This document shows positions 17,042-24,927 of a stretch of 32,000 nucleotides of DNA, one piece after another (positions within the stretch are counted from its first letter, which is position 1; the number at the start of each line of letters is the position of its first letter). The notes under the pieces were generated by a model. It did no database searches and had not been told where the DNA came from. It saw only the letters and a list, made by a program, of their open reading frames with translations. The position numbers and the translations under genes are program-made. Source of the stretch: Mucisphaera calidilacus (GTDB taxonomy: Bacteria; Planctomycetota; Phycisphaerae; Phycisphaerales; Phycisphaeraceae); contig NZ_CP036280.1 of the NCBI RefSeq assembly GCF_007748075.1, positions 30,001 through 62,000 of the forward strand. The letters are read 5' to 3'.

Positions 17042-17592
17042 CCGCCAACGAACTGCTCACCCTCCCCGGCCACGACGCCTCCAGGCCGACCCCGAGCCCC
17101 GACCCGACGCCCTCGCTCGCCCAGGCCGTCGAGCAGGTCCTGCGCGACCTCCAGCCGCGCGCCGCCACCCTCGACGCCGAGCTGATCATCGAACTCGCCC
17201 TCAACGCCGCCCAGGCCGAGCCCGGGCCGCTGCCCGCGATCCTCGGCCACCTCGTCGAGAACAGCCTCGACGCCGTCGCCCGCGCCGCACGCGGGCCCTG
17301 GGACGAAACCCCCCACCAGGTCCTCGTCACCGTCGACCGACAGGCCGAACGCATCATCCTCGCCGTCACCGACACCGGCGACGGGCTCGACCCCTCCATC
17401 CTCGACACCCACGGCCGCGTCATCATCGGACGATCCACCAAGCCCGGACGCACCGGACTGGGCCTGCGACTCGTCCGCGACACCGTCGAGCAGCACGACG
17501 GGCACCTGAGCATCGACAACGTCCCCAACGCCGGCGTCCACGCCGAGATCGACCTCCCGGTCAACACAGGCCGCAACGCCCGCGCCGCCTGA
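17038..17592 (+). CDS. Histidine-kinase-like ATPase (HATPase_c / GHKL) domain-only protein with no DHp/HisKA, sensor or TM region
   Basis: N box LGHLVENSLDAV, G1 VTDTGDGLD and G2 GRTGLGLRLV. At 184 aa, the first ~60 aa are Pro/Ser-rich followed by the start of the CA domain, with no H-box. Confidence 0.75.
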   Translation: MTANELLTLPGHDASRPTPSPDPTPSLAQAVEQVLRDLQPRAATLDAELIIELALNAAQAEPGPLPAILGHLVENSLDAVARAARGPWDETPHQVLVTVDRQAERIILAVTDTGDGLDPSILDTHGRVIIGRSTKPGRTGLGLRLVRDTVEQHDGHLSIDNVPNAGVHAEIDLPVNTGRNARAA

Positions 17593-17608
17593 CCCAACCC
17601 CCCGAACC

Positions 17609-19060
17609 ATGGCAAGGCCGCCCCGAGTCCTGATCGTCGACGACGACCCCTTCGTGGTCGAGGGCATCGCCGCGCTGCTCACCGACGAGGGCTACCGGTC
17701 CGCCACCGCCTGCGACGGCCAGCAGGCCCTCGATCAGATCGAGCACGCCCGCACCCTGCCCGCCGACGAACGCTTCGGCGTCGCCATCGTCGACCTCGGT
17801 CTCCCGAAACTCTCAGGCACCGAACTGCTCCGACAGCTCCGCGACCGGCACCCCGACGTCGTCCCCGTCGTCATCACCGGCTACGCACGCATCGAGTCGG
17901 CCGTCGCCGCCATGAAACTCGGCGCTACCGATTACCTCACCAAGCCCGTCATCGACGAGGAACTGCTCCGCGCCGTCGAACGCGCCGCCCACCACCACGC
18001 GCTCGTCGGCGAGAACCAGCGGCTCCGCGACCAGCTCGAACAACGCTTCGGCCTCGGCAACCTCGTCGGCAACGACCCCCGCATGCAGAAGGTCTACGAC
18101 CTTATCCAGACCGTCGCCGACAGCAAAACCACCGTCCTCGTCTCCGGCGAGTCCGGCACCGGCAAGTCCATGGTCGCCCGCGCCATCCACACCCACTCCC
18201 CCCGCGCCGACCACCCGCTCGTCACCTTCGCCTGTGGCTCCATCCCCGAGACCCTGCTCGAATCCGAACTCTTCGGCCACGTCCGCGGCGCCTTCACCGG
18301 CGCCGACGCCGACAAGCCCGGCCGACTCCTCGCCGCCGACGGCGGCACCCTCTTCATCGACGAGATCAACTCCGCCACGCCCACCCTCCAGCTCAAGCTC
18401 CTGCGCGTCCTCCAGGAACGCGCCTTCGAGCCGGTCGGCTCCACCCACACCCACCACGTCGACGTCCGCTTCATCCTCGCCACCAACCAGCCCCTCGAGC
18501 CGCTCGTCGCCGACGGCACCTTCCGCGAAGACCTCTTCTACCGCATCAACGTCGTCAACCTCGAGATCCCCGCGCTCCGCGACCGGCCCGCCGACATCGA
18601 CCTCCTCGCCGAGTACTTCCTCAACCAGCACGCCGAGGAGATGAGCAAGCAGCGACGCCTCGCGCCCGCCACCCTCGACGCCCTCCGGCAACACCTCTGG
18701 CCCGGCAACGTCCGCGAGCTCGAGAACGCCATGGAACGCGCCGTCCTCCTCAGCCAGTCGCCCACCATCCAGCCCCACGACCTGCCCGAACACATCGCAC
18801 ACACCAACGCGCCCGCCCGGCATATCCCCGCGACCGACTCTGCGACACAACACGGGGCCGCCGCCGTCATCACTACCGAGCCGTCGACGCAGGCGCAATC
18901 ACTCGCCGAGACCCTCGAGCACACCGAACGCCTGGCCATCGAGAACGCCCTCGCCGAGAGCCTTGGCAACAAGCAACACGCCGCCAAGCAACTCGGCATC
19001 AACCGGACCACCCTCTACAAGAAGATGCGCAAGCTCAGCATCCCCATCGATCAGAACTGA
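17609..19060 (+). CDS. Sigma-54-dependent response regulator (NtrC family: REC + AAA+ + Fis-type HTH)
   Basis: REC domain (VLIVDDDP, acceptor Asp in AIVDLGLP, TKP). Walker A GESGTGKS, ESELFGHVRGAFTGA (GAFTGA loop), Walker B LFIDEI. C-terminal HTH AAKQLGINRTTLYKKMRKL. Confidence 0.9.
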   Translation: MARPPRVLIVDDDPFVVEGIAALLTDEGYRSATACDGQQALDQIEHARTLPADERFGVAIVDLGLPKLSGTELLRQLRDRHPDVVPVVITGYARIESAVAAMKLGATDYLTKPVIDEELLRAVERAAHHHALVGENQRLRDQLEQRFGLGNLVGNDPRMQKVYDLIQTVADSKTTVLVSGESGTGKSMVARAIHTHSPRADHPLVTFACGSIPETLLESELFGHVRGAFTGADADKPGRLLAADGGTLFIDEINSATPTLQLKLLRVLQERAFEPVGSTHTHHVDVRFILATNQPLEPLVADGTFREDLFYRINVVNLEIPALRDRPADIDLLAEYFLNQHAEEMSKQRRLAPATLDALRQHLWPGNVRELENAMERAVLLSQSPTIQPHDLPEHIAHTNAPARHIPATDSATQHGAAAVITTEPSTQAQSLAETLEHTERLAIENALAESLGNKQHAAKQLGINRTTLYKKMRKLSIPIDQN

Positions 19061-22000
19061 TCAGCCCAGCGCCTCGAACTGCTCCCGCACCTTCGCCAGC
19101 TCGGCCTCCGCCGCCGCCAGCTGATCACGCGTCTCCTGCACCAGCTTCTCCGGCGCGTTGTTCACGTACTTCTCGTTGCTCAAGCGCCCCTTGAAGTTGC
19201 CCACCTGCTTCGTCAGGTCGTCGACGCGCTTGCTGAGCCGCGCCCGCTCCGCCTCCACGTCCAGCACGCCGTGCACGTACACCTCGATGCCCCCCAGCAC
19301 CGCCGACGCAGCGTCGCCCGGCCGCGCAACGCCCGCGCCCACGTCACCCGCCTCCGAGTTCGCCAGGCCAAGGATCAACCCCAGGTGATCCGTCACCAGC
19401 GCCAGCTCGTCGCCCGACGCACGCAGCGACACCCGCGTCACCTCGCGAGGCGGCACCTTGTTCGCCGTCCGCATCTCGCGGATCGAACCCACCACGCTCC
19501 GCACCACCTCGAACGCGCCCTCCGCGCCCTCGTCCTTCACCGACGCGTCAAACTCCGGCCACGCCGCCCGCGCCAGCAGTTCGCCGCTCGGCAAAGCGAC
19601 CCCCGGCAACGACCGCTCCGGCACCACATCATTCAACGCCTCGAACAGCCGCTCGGTCACAAAGGGCATCGACGGGTGCAGCAGCCGAAGCGAAGCATCG
19701 AAACAGGCCGCCAGCACACGCTGCTGCGTCACGTTCTCCTTCACCGTCGGCTTCACCGCCTCGATGTACCAGTCGCACAGGTCACGCCAGACCAGGTCGT
19801 ACAACGTCGTCGCGTACGGCGCAAACTCATACGCCCGCAGCTGCGCCGTCGCCGTCTGCGTCGCCCGCGCAAAACGCGACAGGATCCACCGGTCCGCCAG
19901 ACCCAGCTCGCCCAGCTCGCCCTCGGTCGTCGTCGCATGCAGATAGCCCAGCGCGAACCGGCACGCGTTCCACAGCTTGTTCGAGAACCGCTGCCCGATA
20001 TCAAACTTCTCCGACGTGTTCCGCGCCAGCGGCATCGCGTCACTCGGCGAGGCCTTGCCCGACGCCACCCCGTACGACGACACCATCTTCTTGCTCTTGT
20101 CAGCGGGGCTCTCCTGCTCCGGCGCCGCCACCTTCACCCCGCCCGGGCCCGTCACGTACTTCGGCGTAAACGTCTCCCCGCTGTGCGGGTCCACCATGTC
20201 CACCGGCATCCGCACGTCCTGCGTCTGCGTCGTCATCGCCGTCAGCGTGTAACGCATCGCGTCCGCGCCGTGCGAGTGGATGATGTCCATCGGGTCCACG
20301 CCGTTGCCCAGCGACTTGCTCATCTTCTGGCCGTGACCGTCCTGGATCATCGCGTGAATGAACACGTCGTCAAAAGGCAGCCGCCCCAGGAAATAGAGGT
20401 TGAACATCACCATCCGCGACACCCACAGGGTGATGATCTCACGCGCCGTGCACAACACCGACGTCGGGTTGTAACGCTCCAGCAACCCCGCCGTGTCCCC
20501 CTCAGGCTCCGGCCAGCCCATCGTGCTCATCGGCCACAACGCCGACGAGAACCACGTGTCCAGCACGTCGGGGTCACGCTCGAAGCCCGCGGCCTCGATC
20601 GCCTTGACGACCTCATCGTCATCCTCCCGATGCACACAGACATACACCACCGCATCACGGTTCACGTAGACACGGCCTTCGGCCTCCCAGGCTTTCAGAC
20701 GCTCATCGATCGAACCGTCTACCGTTTCGCGGCTCCACACCGGGATCCGGTGGCCCCACCACAGCTGACGCGAGATACACCAGTCCCGGATGTTCTCGTG
20801 CCACGTCTGGAACGTCTTGGCGTACCGCGCCGGGTGAAACCTCATCCCCGTCGCTCGGTCCGACCGCTCGAAACCCTGCTGCTCCATCAACTCGTTCAGC
20901 TCGTTGATCTCCAGCCTGTCTTCCCACCCGGGGTTGATCCGCACCACCAGGTCCTCGCCCTCGCTCCCGATCGAATAGGCCTCGTGCGGGTACTGCGAAA
21001 GCGACGTCTCCAGCGCGTCCGCGTCCCCCGTTGCCTTGCGCCAGGTGCCCGCCACGGGCGTCTCGAACGGATGATCCTCCGACCACACCACGCCCTCGGA
21101 CGCGCACCTCTGCGCTGGATCCATGGCCTGAAGCGCTCGCCCGGCCAATTCCGGGGCCGTCACCTTCACGTACCACTGGTCCGACAGGTAAGGCTCCACC
21201 GGCACGTGGCTCCGGTAGCTGTGGCCCACCGCGTGCCGGTAAGGCTTCACCTCCGCCAGCAGGTCACGCTCCTTGAACCACCGCACGATCGCCTTCCGCG
21301 CCGCCTCGCGGCTCAGGCCGATCAGCGGCTTGAGATCCTCGTTCTCGCCCGGCTTCTCCTCCGCCGGCCAGCCGTGCTCGATCGAGATCGACGCGTCCGG
21401 CGCCATGACGTTGATCACGTCGAGGCCGTGCCGCTGACCGATCTCCCAGTCGTTCGGGTCGTGCGCGGGCGTCACCTTGAGGAAACCCGACGCCATCCGC
21501 GCCTTGCTGTCGTCCGACTCTTCATCCGGGATCACCACGTAGTCGTCCGCGATGATCGGGATCACCCGACCCACGATCGGCAGCCGGACCTTCCTGCCGA
21601 TCATCGCCGCACGGGGCCCGTCGTTCGGGTTCACCGCCACCGCCGTGTCCCCCAGCATCGTCTCAGGCCGCGTCGTCGCCACGGTCGCATACTCGCCCGT
21701 CTCGTGGCCGGCGTCGTCCACCACGGGATACTTCATGTACCAGAAGTTCCCGTCCACCTCCTGCATCTCGACCTCGTCGTCCGCCAGCGCCGTCTGCGAC
21801 ACCGGGTCCCAGTTCACCAGCCGCTTGCCGCGGTAGATCAGCCCGTCCCGGAACAGACGGAAGAACGCCTCACGCACCGCCTTCGCGCACACCGGGTCCA
21901 TAGTGAACCGCTGGCGGTCCCAGTCGCACGAGCACCCCATCTCGCGCAGCTGCTCGGTGATCCGCTCCTCGTACTCATCCTTCCAGGCCTGAACCTTGCC

Positions 22001-22384
22001 GATGAACGCCTCGCGGCCCCCGCGGCCTTCCAGCTCCTGCCGCTTGTAGTCCTTGAGCGCCGGCTCGCCCGACTGCTGCAGCCGTTTGTCCACCACCGTC
22101 TGCGTCGCGATCCCCGCGTGGTCCGTCCCCGGCATCCACAGCGTGTTGAAACCCATCATCCGGTGAAAACGAACCAGCACGTCCTGCAGCGTGTTGTTGA
22201 GGGCATGACCCAGATGCAGCGCCGCGGTCACGTTCGGCGGGGGGATCACCACGCTGTACGCCGGCCCGGGCTCGCCCGGCTCCGCGTGACCCGCCCGAGC
22301 CGACGCCCACCTCGCCGTGATGCTCTTCTCAACATCCGCCGGGTTGTACGCCGGCGGCAACTGCGCTGTCGTGCTCGAACTCAT
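19061..22384 (-). CDS. valS: Valine--tRNA ligase (long form with two insertions)
   Basis: Lies in tracked ORF 19061..22390. GAGGA (22395-22391) abuts ATG 22390 but sits 6 nt from ATG 22384, so I prefer 22384. HIGH motif PPPNVTAALHLGHALN, KMSKS motif QKMSKSLGN, ISRQLWWGHRIPVW, and a C-terminal coiled coil. Confidence 0.95.
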   Translation of the reverse strand: MSSSTTAQLPPAYNPADVEKSITARWASARAGHAEPGEPGPAYSVVIPPPNVTAALHLGHALNNTLQDVLVRFHRMMGFNTLWMPGTDHAGIATQTVVDKRLQQSGEPALKDYKRQELEGRGGREAFIGKVQAWKDEYEERITEQLREMGCSCDWDRQRFTMDPVCAKAVREAFFRLFRDGLIYRGKRLVNWDPVSQTALADDEVEMQEVDGNFWYMKYPVVDDAGHETGEYATVATTRPETMLGDTAVAVNPNDGPRAAMIGRKVRLPIVGRVIPIIADDYVVIPDEESDDSKARMASGFLKVTPAHDPNDWEIGQRHGLDVINVMAPDASISIEHGWPAEEKPGENEDLKPLIGLSREAARKAIVRWFKERDLLAEVKPYRHAVGHSYRSHVPVEPYLSDQWYVKVTAPELAGRALQAMDPAQRCASEGVVWSEDHPFETPVAGTWRKATGDADALETSLSQYPHEAYSIGSEGEDLVVRINPGWEDRLEINELNELMEQQGFERSDRATGMRFHPARYAKTFQTWHENIRDWCISRQLWWGHRIPVWSRETVDGSIDERLKAWEAEGRVYVNRDAVVYVCVHREDDDEVVKAIEAAGFERDPDVLDTWFSSALWPMSTMGWPEPEGDTAGLLERYNPTSVLCTAREIITLWVSRMVMFNLYFLGRLPFDDVFIHAMIQDGHGQKMSKSLGNGVDPMDIIHSHGADAMRYTLTAMTTQTQDVRMPVDMVDPHSGETFTPKYVTGPGGVKVAAPEQESPADKSKKMVSSYGVASGKASPSDAMPLARNTSEKFDIGQRFSNKLWNACRFALGYLHATTTEGELGELGLADRWILSRFARATQTATAQLRAYEFAPYATTLYDLVWRDLCDWYIEAVKPTVKENVTQQRVLAACFDASLRLLHPSMPFVTERLFEALNDVVPERSLPGVALPSGELLARAAWPEFDASVKDEGAEGAFEVVRSVVGSIREMRTANKVPPREVTRVSLRASGDELALVTDHLGLILGLANSEAGDVGAGVARPGDAASAVLGGIEVYVHGVLDVEAERARLSKRVDDLTKQVGNFKGRLSNEKYVNNAPEKLVQETRDQLAAAEAELAKVREQFEALG

Positions 22385-22485
22385 CGTCATTCCTCAAGAA
22401 TCCAACGCCCGGCCACAACCGGCCGGACCGAACCGCCCATCATAAACCCCCCGCACCGACCACGATGCCCGCCCCTCCCCGTCCG

Positions 22486-23700
22486 TCAGTCCCCCGCGTC
22501 CTCCACCCGCTCGCTGTCCTTCATCCCGATCAGGTAGAGAATCGCGTCCAGGCCCAGCTCCGTGATCTTCTGGTCCGCCGACGCCTGAACCACCGGCTTG
22601 GCGTGGAACGCGATCCCCAGGCCCGCCCGGCTGAGCATCGGCAGGTCGTTGGCGCCGTCGCCCACCGCGATCGTCTGCTCCAGCCGGATCCCCTCCTCGC
22701 CCGCGATCTCCTCGAGCCGCTCGGCCTTACGCTGCGCGTCCACCACCGAACCTACCACCTTGCCCGTCAGCTTCCCGCCGATGATCTCCAGCTGATTCGC
22801 CGCGACGTAGTCGATCCCCAGCCGCTCCTGCAGCATGTGGCCGAAGTAAGTAAACCCGCCCGACAGGATCGCCGTCTTGTAACCCAGGTACTTCAGGTTC
22901 CGAACGAGCGTCTCCGCACCCTCGGTCAGGTTCAGCCGCTCACCCACCGCCCAGAGTGCCTCCTCCGACAGCCCCGCCAGCAACGCCACCCGCTGCCGCA
23001 GCGACGCCTCGAAGTCCAGCTCCCCACGCATCGCCGACTCCGTCACCGCCGCCACACGATCACCGACACCCGCTTCGATCGCCAGCTCGTCGATCACCTC
23101 GTGCTGGATCAGCGTGGAGTCCATGTCGAACGCCACCAGCCGACGCACACGCCGGAACGCGTCGTCCACCTGCCACGCGACATCGATCCCGTGCTCCCGG
23201 CTGATCTCCAGAAACGCCGACTTGAGGTCCTGCGCGTCCGCCAGCTCGCCCCGCACCGCCATCTCCACGCTCGCCACCCCGTTGGAGTCGGCCGCAGCCC
23301 GACCGTTGTCGATCGCCGGCCGCCCCGACAGCCGCGTGATCACCTCGATGTTCAGACCCCGGTCCGCCAGCGCCTCCGCCACCACGCGCACACGCTCCGC
23401 CGTCAGCGTCCGCGCAATCAGCGTCAGGATGTAACGCGGACGACCCTCCGCCACCCGCCACGCCTCGTAGTCCGATTCGCTGAGCACGCTTGTCGTCAGC
23501 GTCATCCCCAACTCGTCGCACGCCGACCACACCGACTCGATCACACCCCGGTCCGGCACACGCACCACCATCGCCAGCAGCACCGACTGATGAATCACCG
23601 ATTGGTTAAGATCCAGAATCGGGACGCCACCCAACGCCGACATCACCCGCCGCGTGATCCCCGGCCCGTCCGGACCCGTGATGTGCAGGATGTAGAGCAT
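22486..23700 (-). CDS. serB: Phosphoserine phosphatase SerB with N-terminal tandem ACT-like domains
   Basis: Lies in tracked ORF 22486..23736. ATG 23700 gives MLYILHITGPDGPGI, an ACT-type start. HAD motifs VAFDMDSTLI, ILSGGF and GDGANDLPML. The ~400-aa architecture resembles actinobacterial SerB2. Confidence 0.85.
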   Translation of the reverse strand: MLYILHITGPDGPGITRRVMSALGGVPILDLNQSVIHQSVLLAMVVRVPDRGVIESVWSACDELGMTLTTSVLSESDYEAWRVAEGRPRYILTLIARTLTAERVRVVAEALADRGLNIEVITRLSGRPAIDNGRAAADSNGVASVEMAVRGELADAQDLKSAFLEISREHGIDVAWQVDDAFRRVRRLVAFDMDSTLIQHEVIDELAIEAGVGDRVAAVTESAMRGELDFEASLRQRVALLAGLSEEALWAVGERLNLTEGAETLVRNLKYLGYKTAILSGGFTYFGHMLQERLGIDYVAANQLEIIGGKLTGKVVGSVVDAQRKAERLEEIAGEEGIRLEQTIAVGDGANDLPMLSRAGLGIAFHAKPVVQASADQKITELGLDAILYLIGMKDSERVEDAGD

Positions 23701-23738
23701 GAAGCGCAGTTTACCGGCTGAGCCTAAGGACACCACCG

Positions 23739-24920
23739 ATGACTCATGACCCGGTACTCCTGGTGATCCCCAACCTCCAGGCCGTCACCAACCACGAGGG
23801 ACGGGTCTTCATCACCCAGAAGTTCCTCGAGGGTGTCACCGACTACACACGCCTCTGGCCCGGGCCCGTCCGCGTCTCCATGGGCCAGCAGAACCAGCCC
23901 ACCGGCAACCTCGACGAGCGACCCTTCAACGCCGAAGACTGGCCCTTCACGCTCAACCTGCACAAGCAGGGCACCTACACCGATCAGGACCTCAAGGCCG
24001 CCGACCTCGTCCTCGCGGGCATCGGCTACGGCCACGACCAGCTCCCCCGGGACTGCGCACAACACAACAAGCCCTGCGTGCTCATCACCGAGTACACCAG
24101 CAGAACGCGACGGCAGATGATCCTCGCCGACGCTCACGCAGGCTGGCTCCGCAAGCTCCGACGCCTGCTCTGGGATCGCGGCCAGGAGCAACGCAACCGA
24201 AACGCCGTCAGGCAGGCCGCGGGCGTTCAGTGCAACGGCACGCCCACCTACCGCGACTACCAGCCCCTTAACCCCAACACCATCACCTACTTCGACACAC
24301 GCTTCACCAGCAGCATGGTCCGGCCACGCACACGAACCCTGCCCGCCGACGGCCGGCCGCTGCAGCTCGCCTTCTCCGGACGACTCATCGACATGAAAGG
24401 CGCACGCCACCTCGTCCCCATCGCCAGCATCCTCCGCGACCGAGGCGTCGGCTTCCAGCTCCACGTCTTCGGCGACGGGCCCTGCAAGCCCGTCATCGAG
24501 CAGGACGGCCGTGAACTCATCCGGTCGGGCCACCTGCTCGTCCGAGGCGTCGTGCCCTTCAACCCCGACCTCGTCGACATCATGCAGAACGAGATCGACC
24601 TCTTCGTCTGCCCCCACCTCCAGGGCGACCCCAGCTGCACCTACGCCGAAACCATCTCCTGCGGCGTGCCGATCGCCGGATACCCCAACGAGGCATGGGC
24701 CGGCATGTGCCACGCCATCCCCGCCGGCTCCGTCGCCTCAAGCATGAAACCCTCGGCCCTCGCCGATCAGATCATCGACACCCTCAACGACCCGGATACC
24801 TACAACGCTCAAGCCCTGGCCTGCCAACGGTTCAACGAACACAACACCTTCGAGCAGGTCTCACGCCAGCGCGTCGATCACATGATCCGCACGCTCAGGC
24901 AGCACCAGCAGGATTCCTGA
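23739..24920 (+). CDS. Glycosyltransferase, GT-B fold (group 1 / GT4-like)
   Basis: ATG 23739 with AAGGA at 23726-23730. C-terminal half LAFSGRLIDMKGARHLV...FGDGP...LFVCPH...YAETISCGVPIAGY fits the GT4 nucleotide-sugar-binding domain. Confidence 0.7.
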   Translation: MTHDPVLLVIPNLQAVTNHEGRVFITQKFLEGVTDYTRLWPGPVRVSMGQQNQPTGNLDERPFNAEDWPFTLNLHKQGTYTDQDLKAADLVLAGIGYGHDQLPRDCAQHNKPCVLITEYTSRTRRQMILADAHAGWLRKLRRLLWDRGQEQRNRNAVRQAAGVQCNGTPTYRDYQPLNPNTITYFDTRFTSSMVRPRTRTLPADGRPLQLAFSGRLIDMKGARHLVPIASILRDRGVGFQLHVFGDGPCKPVIEQDGRELIRSGHLLVRGVVPFNPDLVDIMQNEIDLFVCPHLQGDPSCTYAETISCGVPIAGYPNEAWAGMCHAIPAGSVASSMKPSALADQIIDTLNDPDTYNAQALACQRFNEHNTFEQVSRQRVDHMIRTLRQHQQDS

Positions 24921-24927
24921 TGCCCCA

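Noticed and set aside
19271-22537. 1088-aa plus-strand ORF opposite valS
   Set aside because: It is an Arg/His/Pro-rich shadow frame. The minus-strand frame is an unambiguous ValRS.
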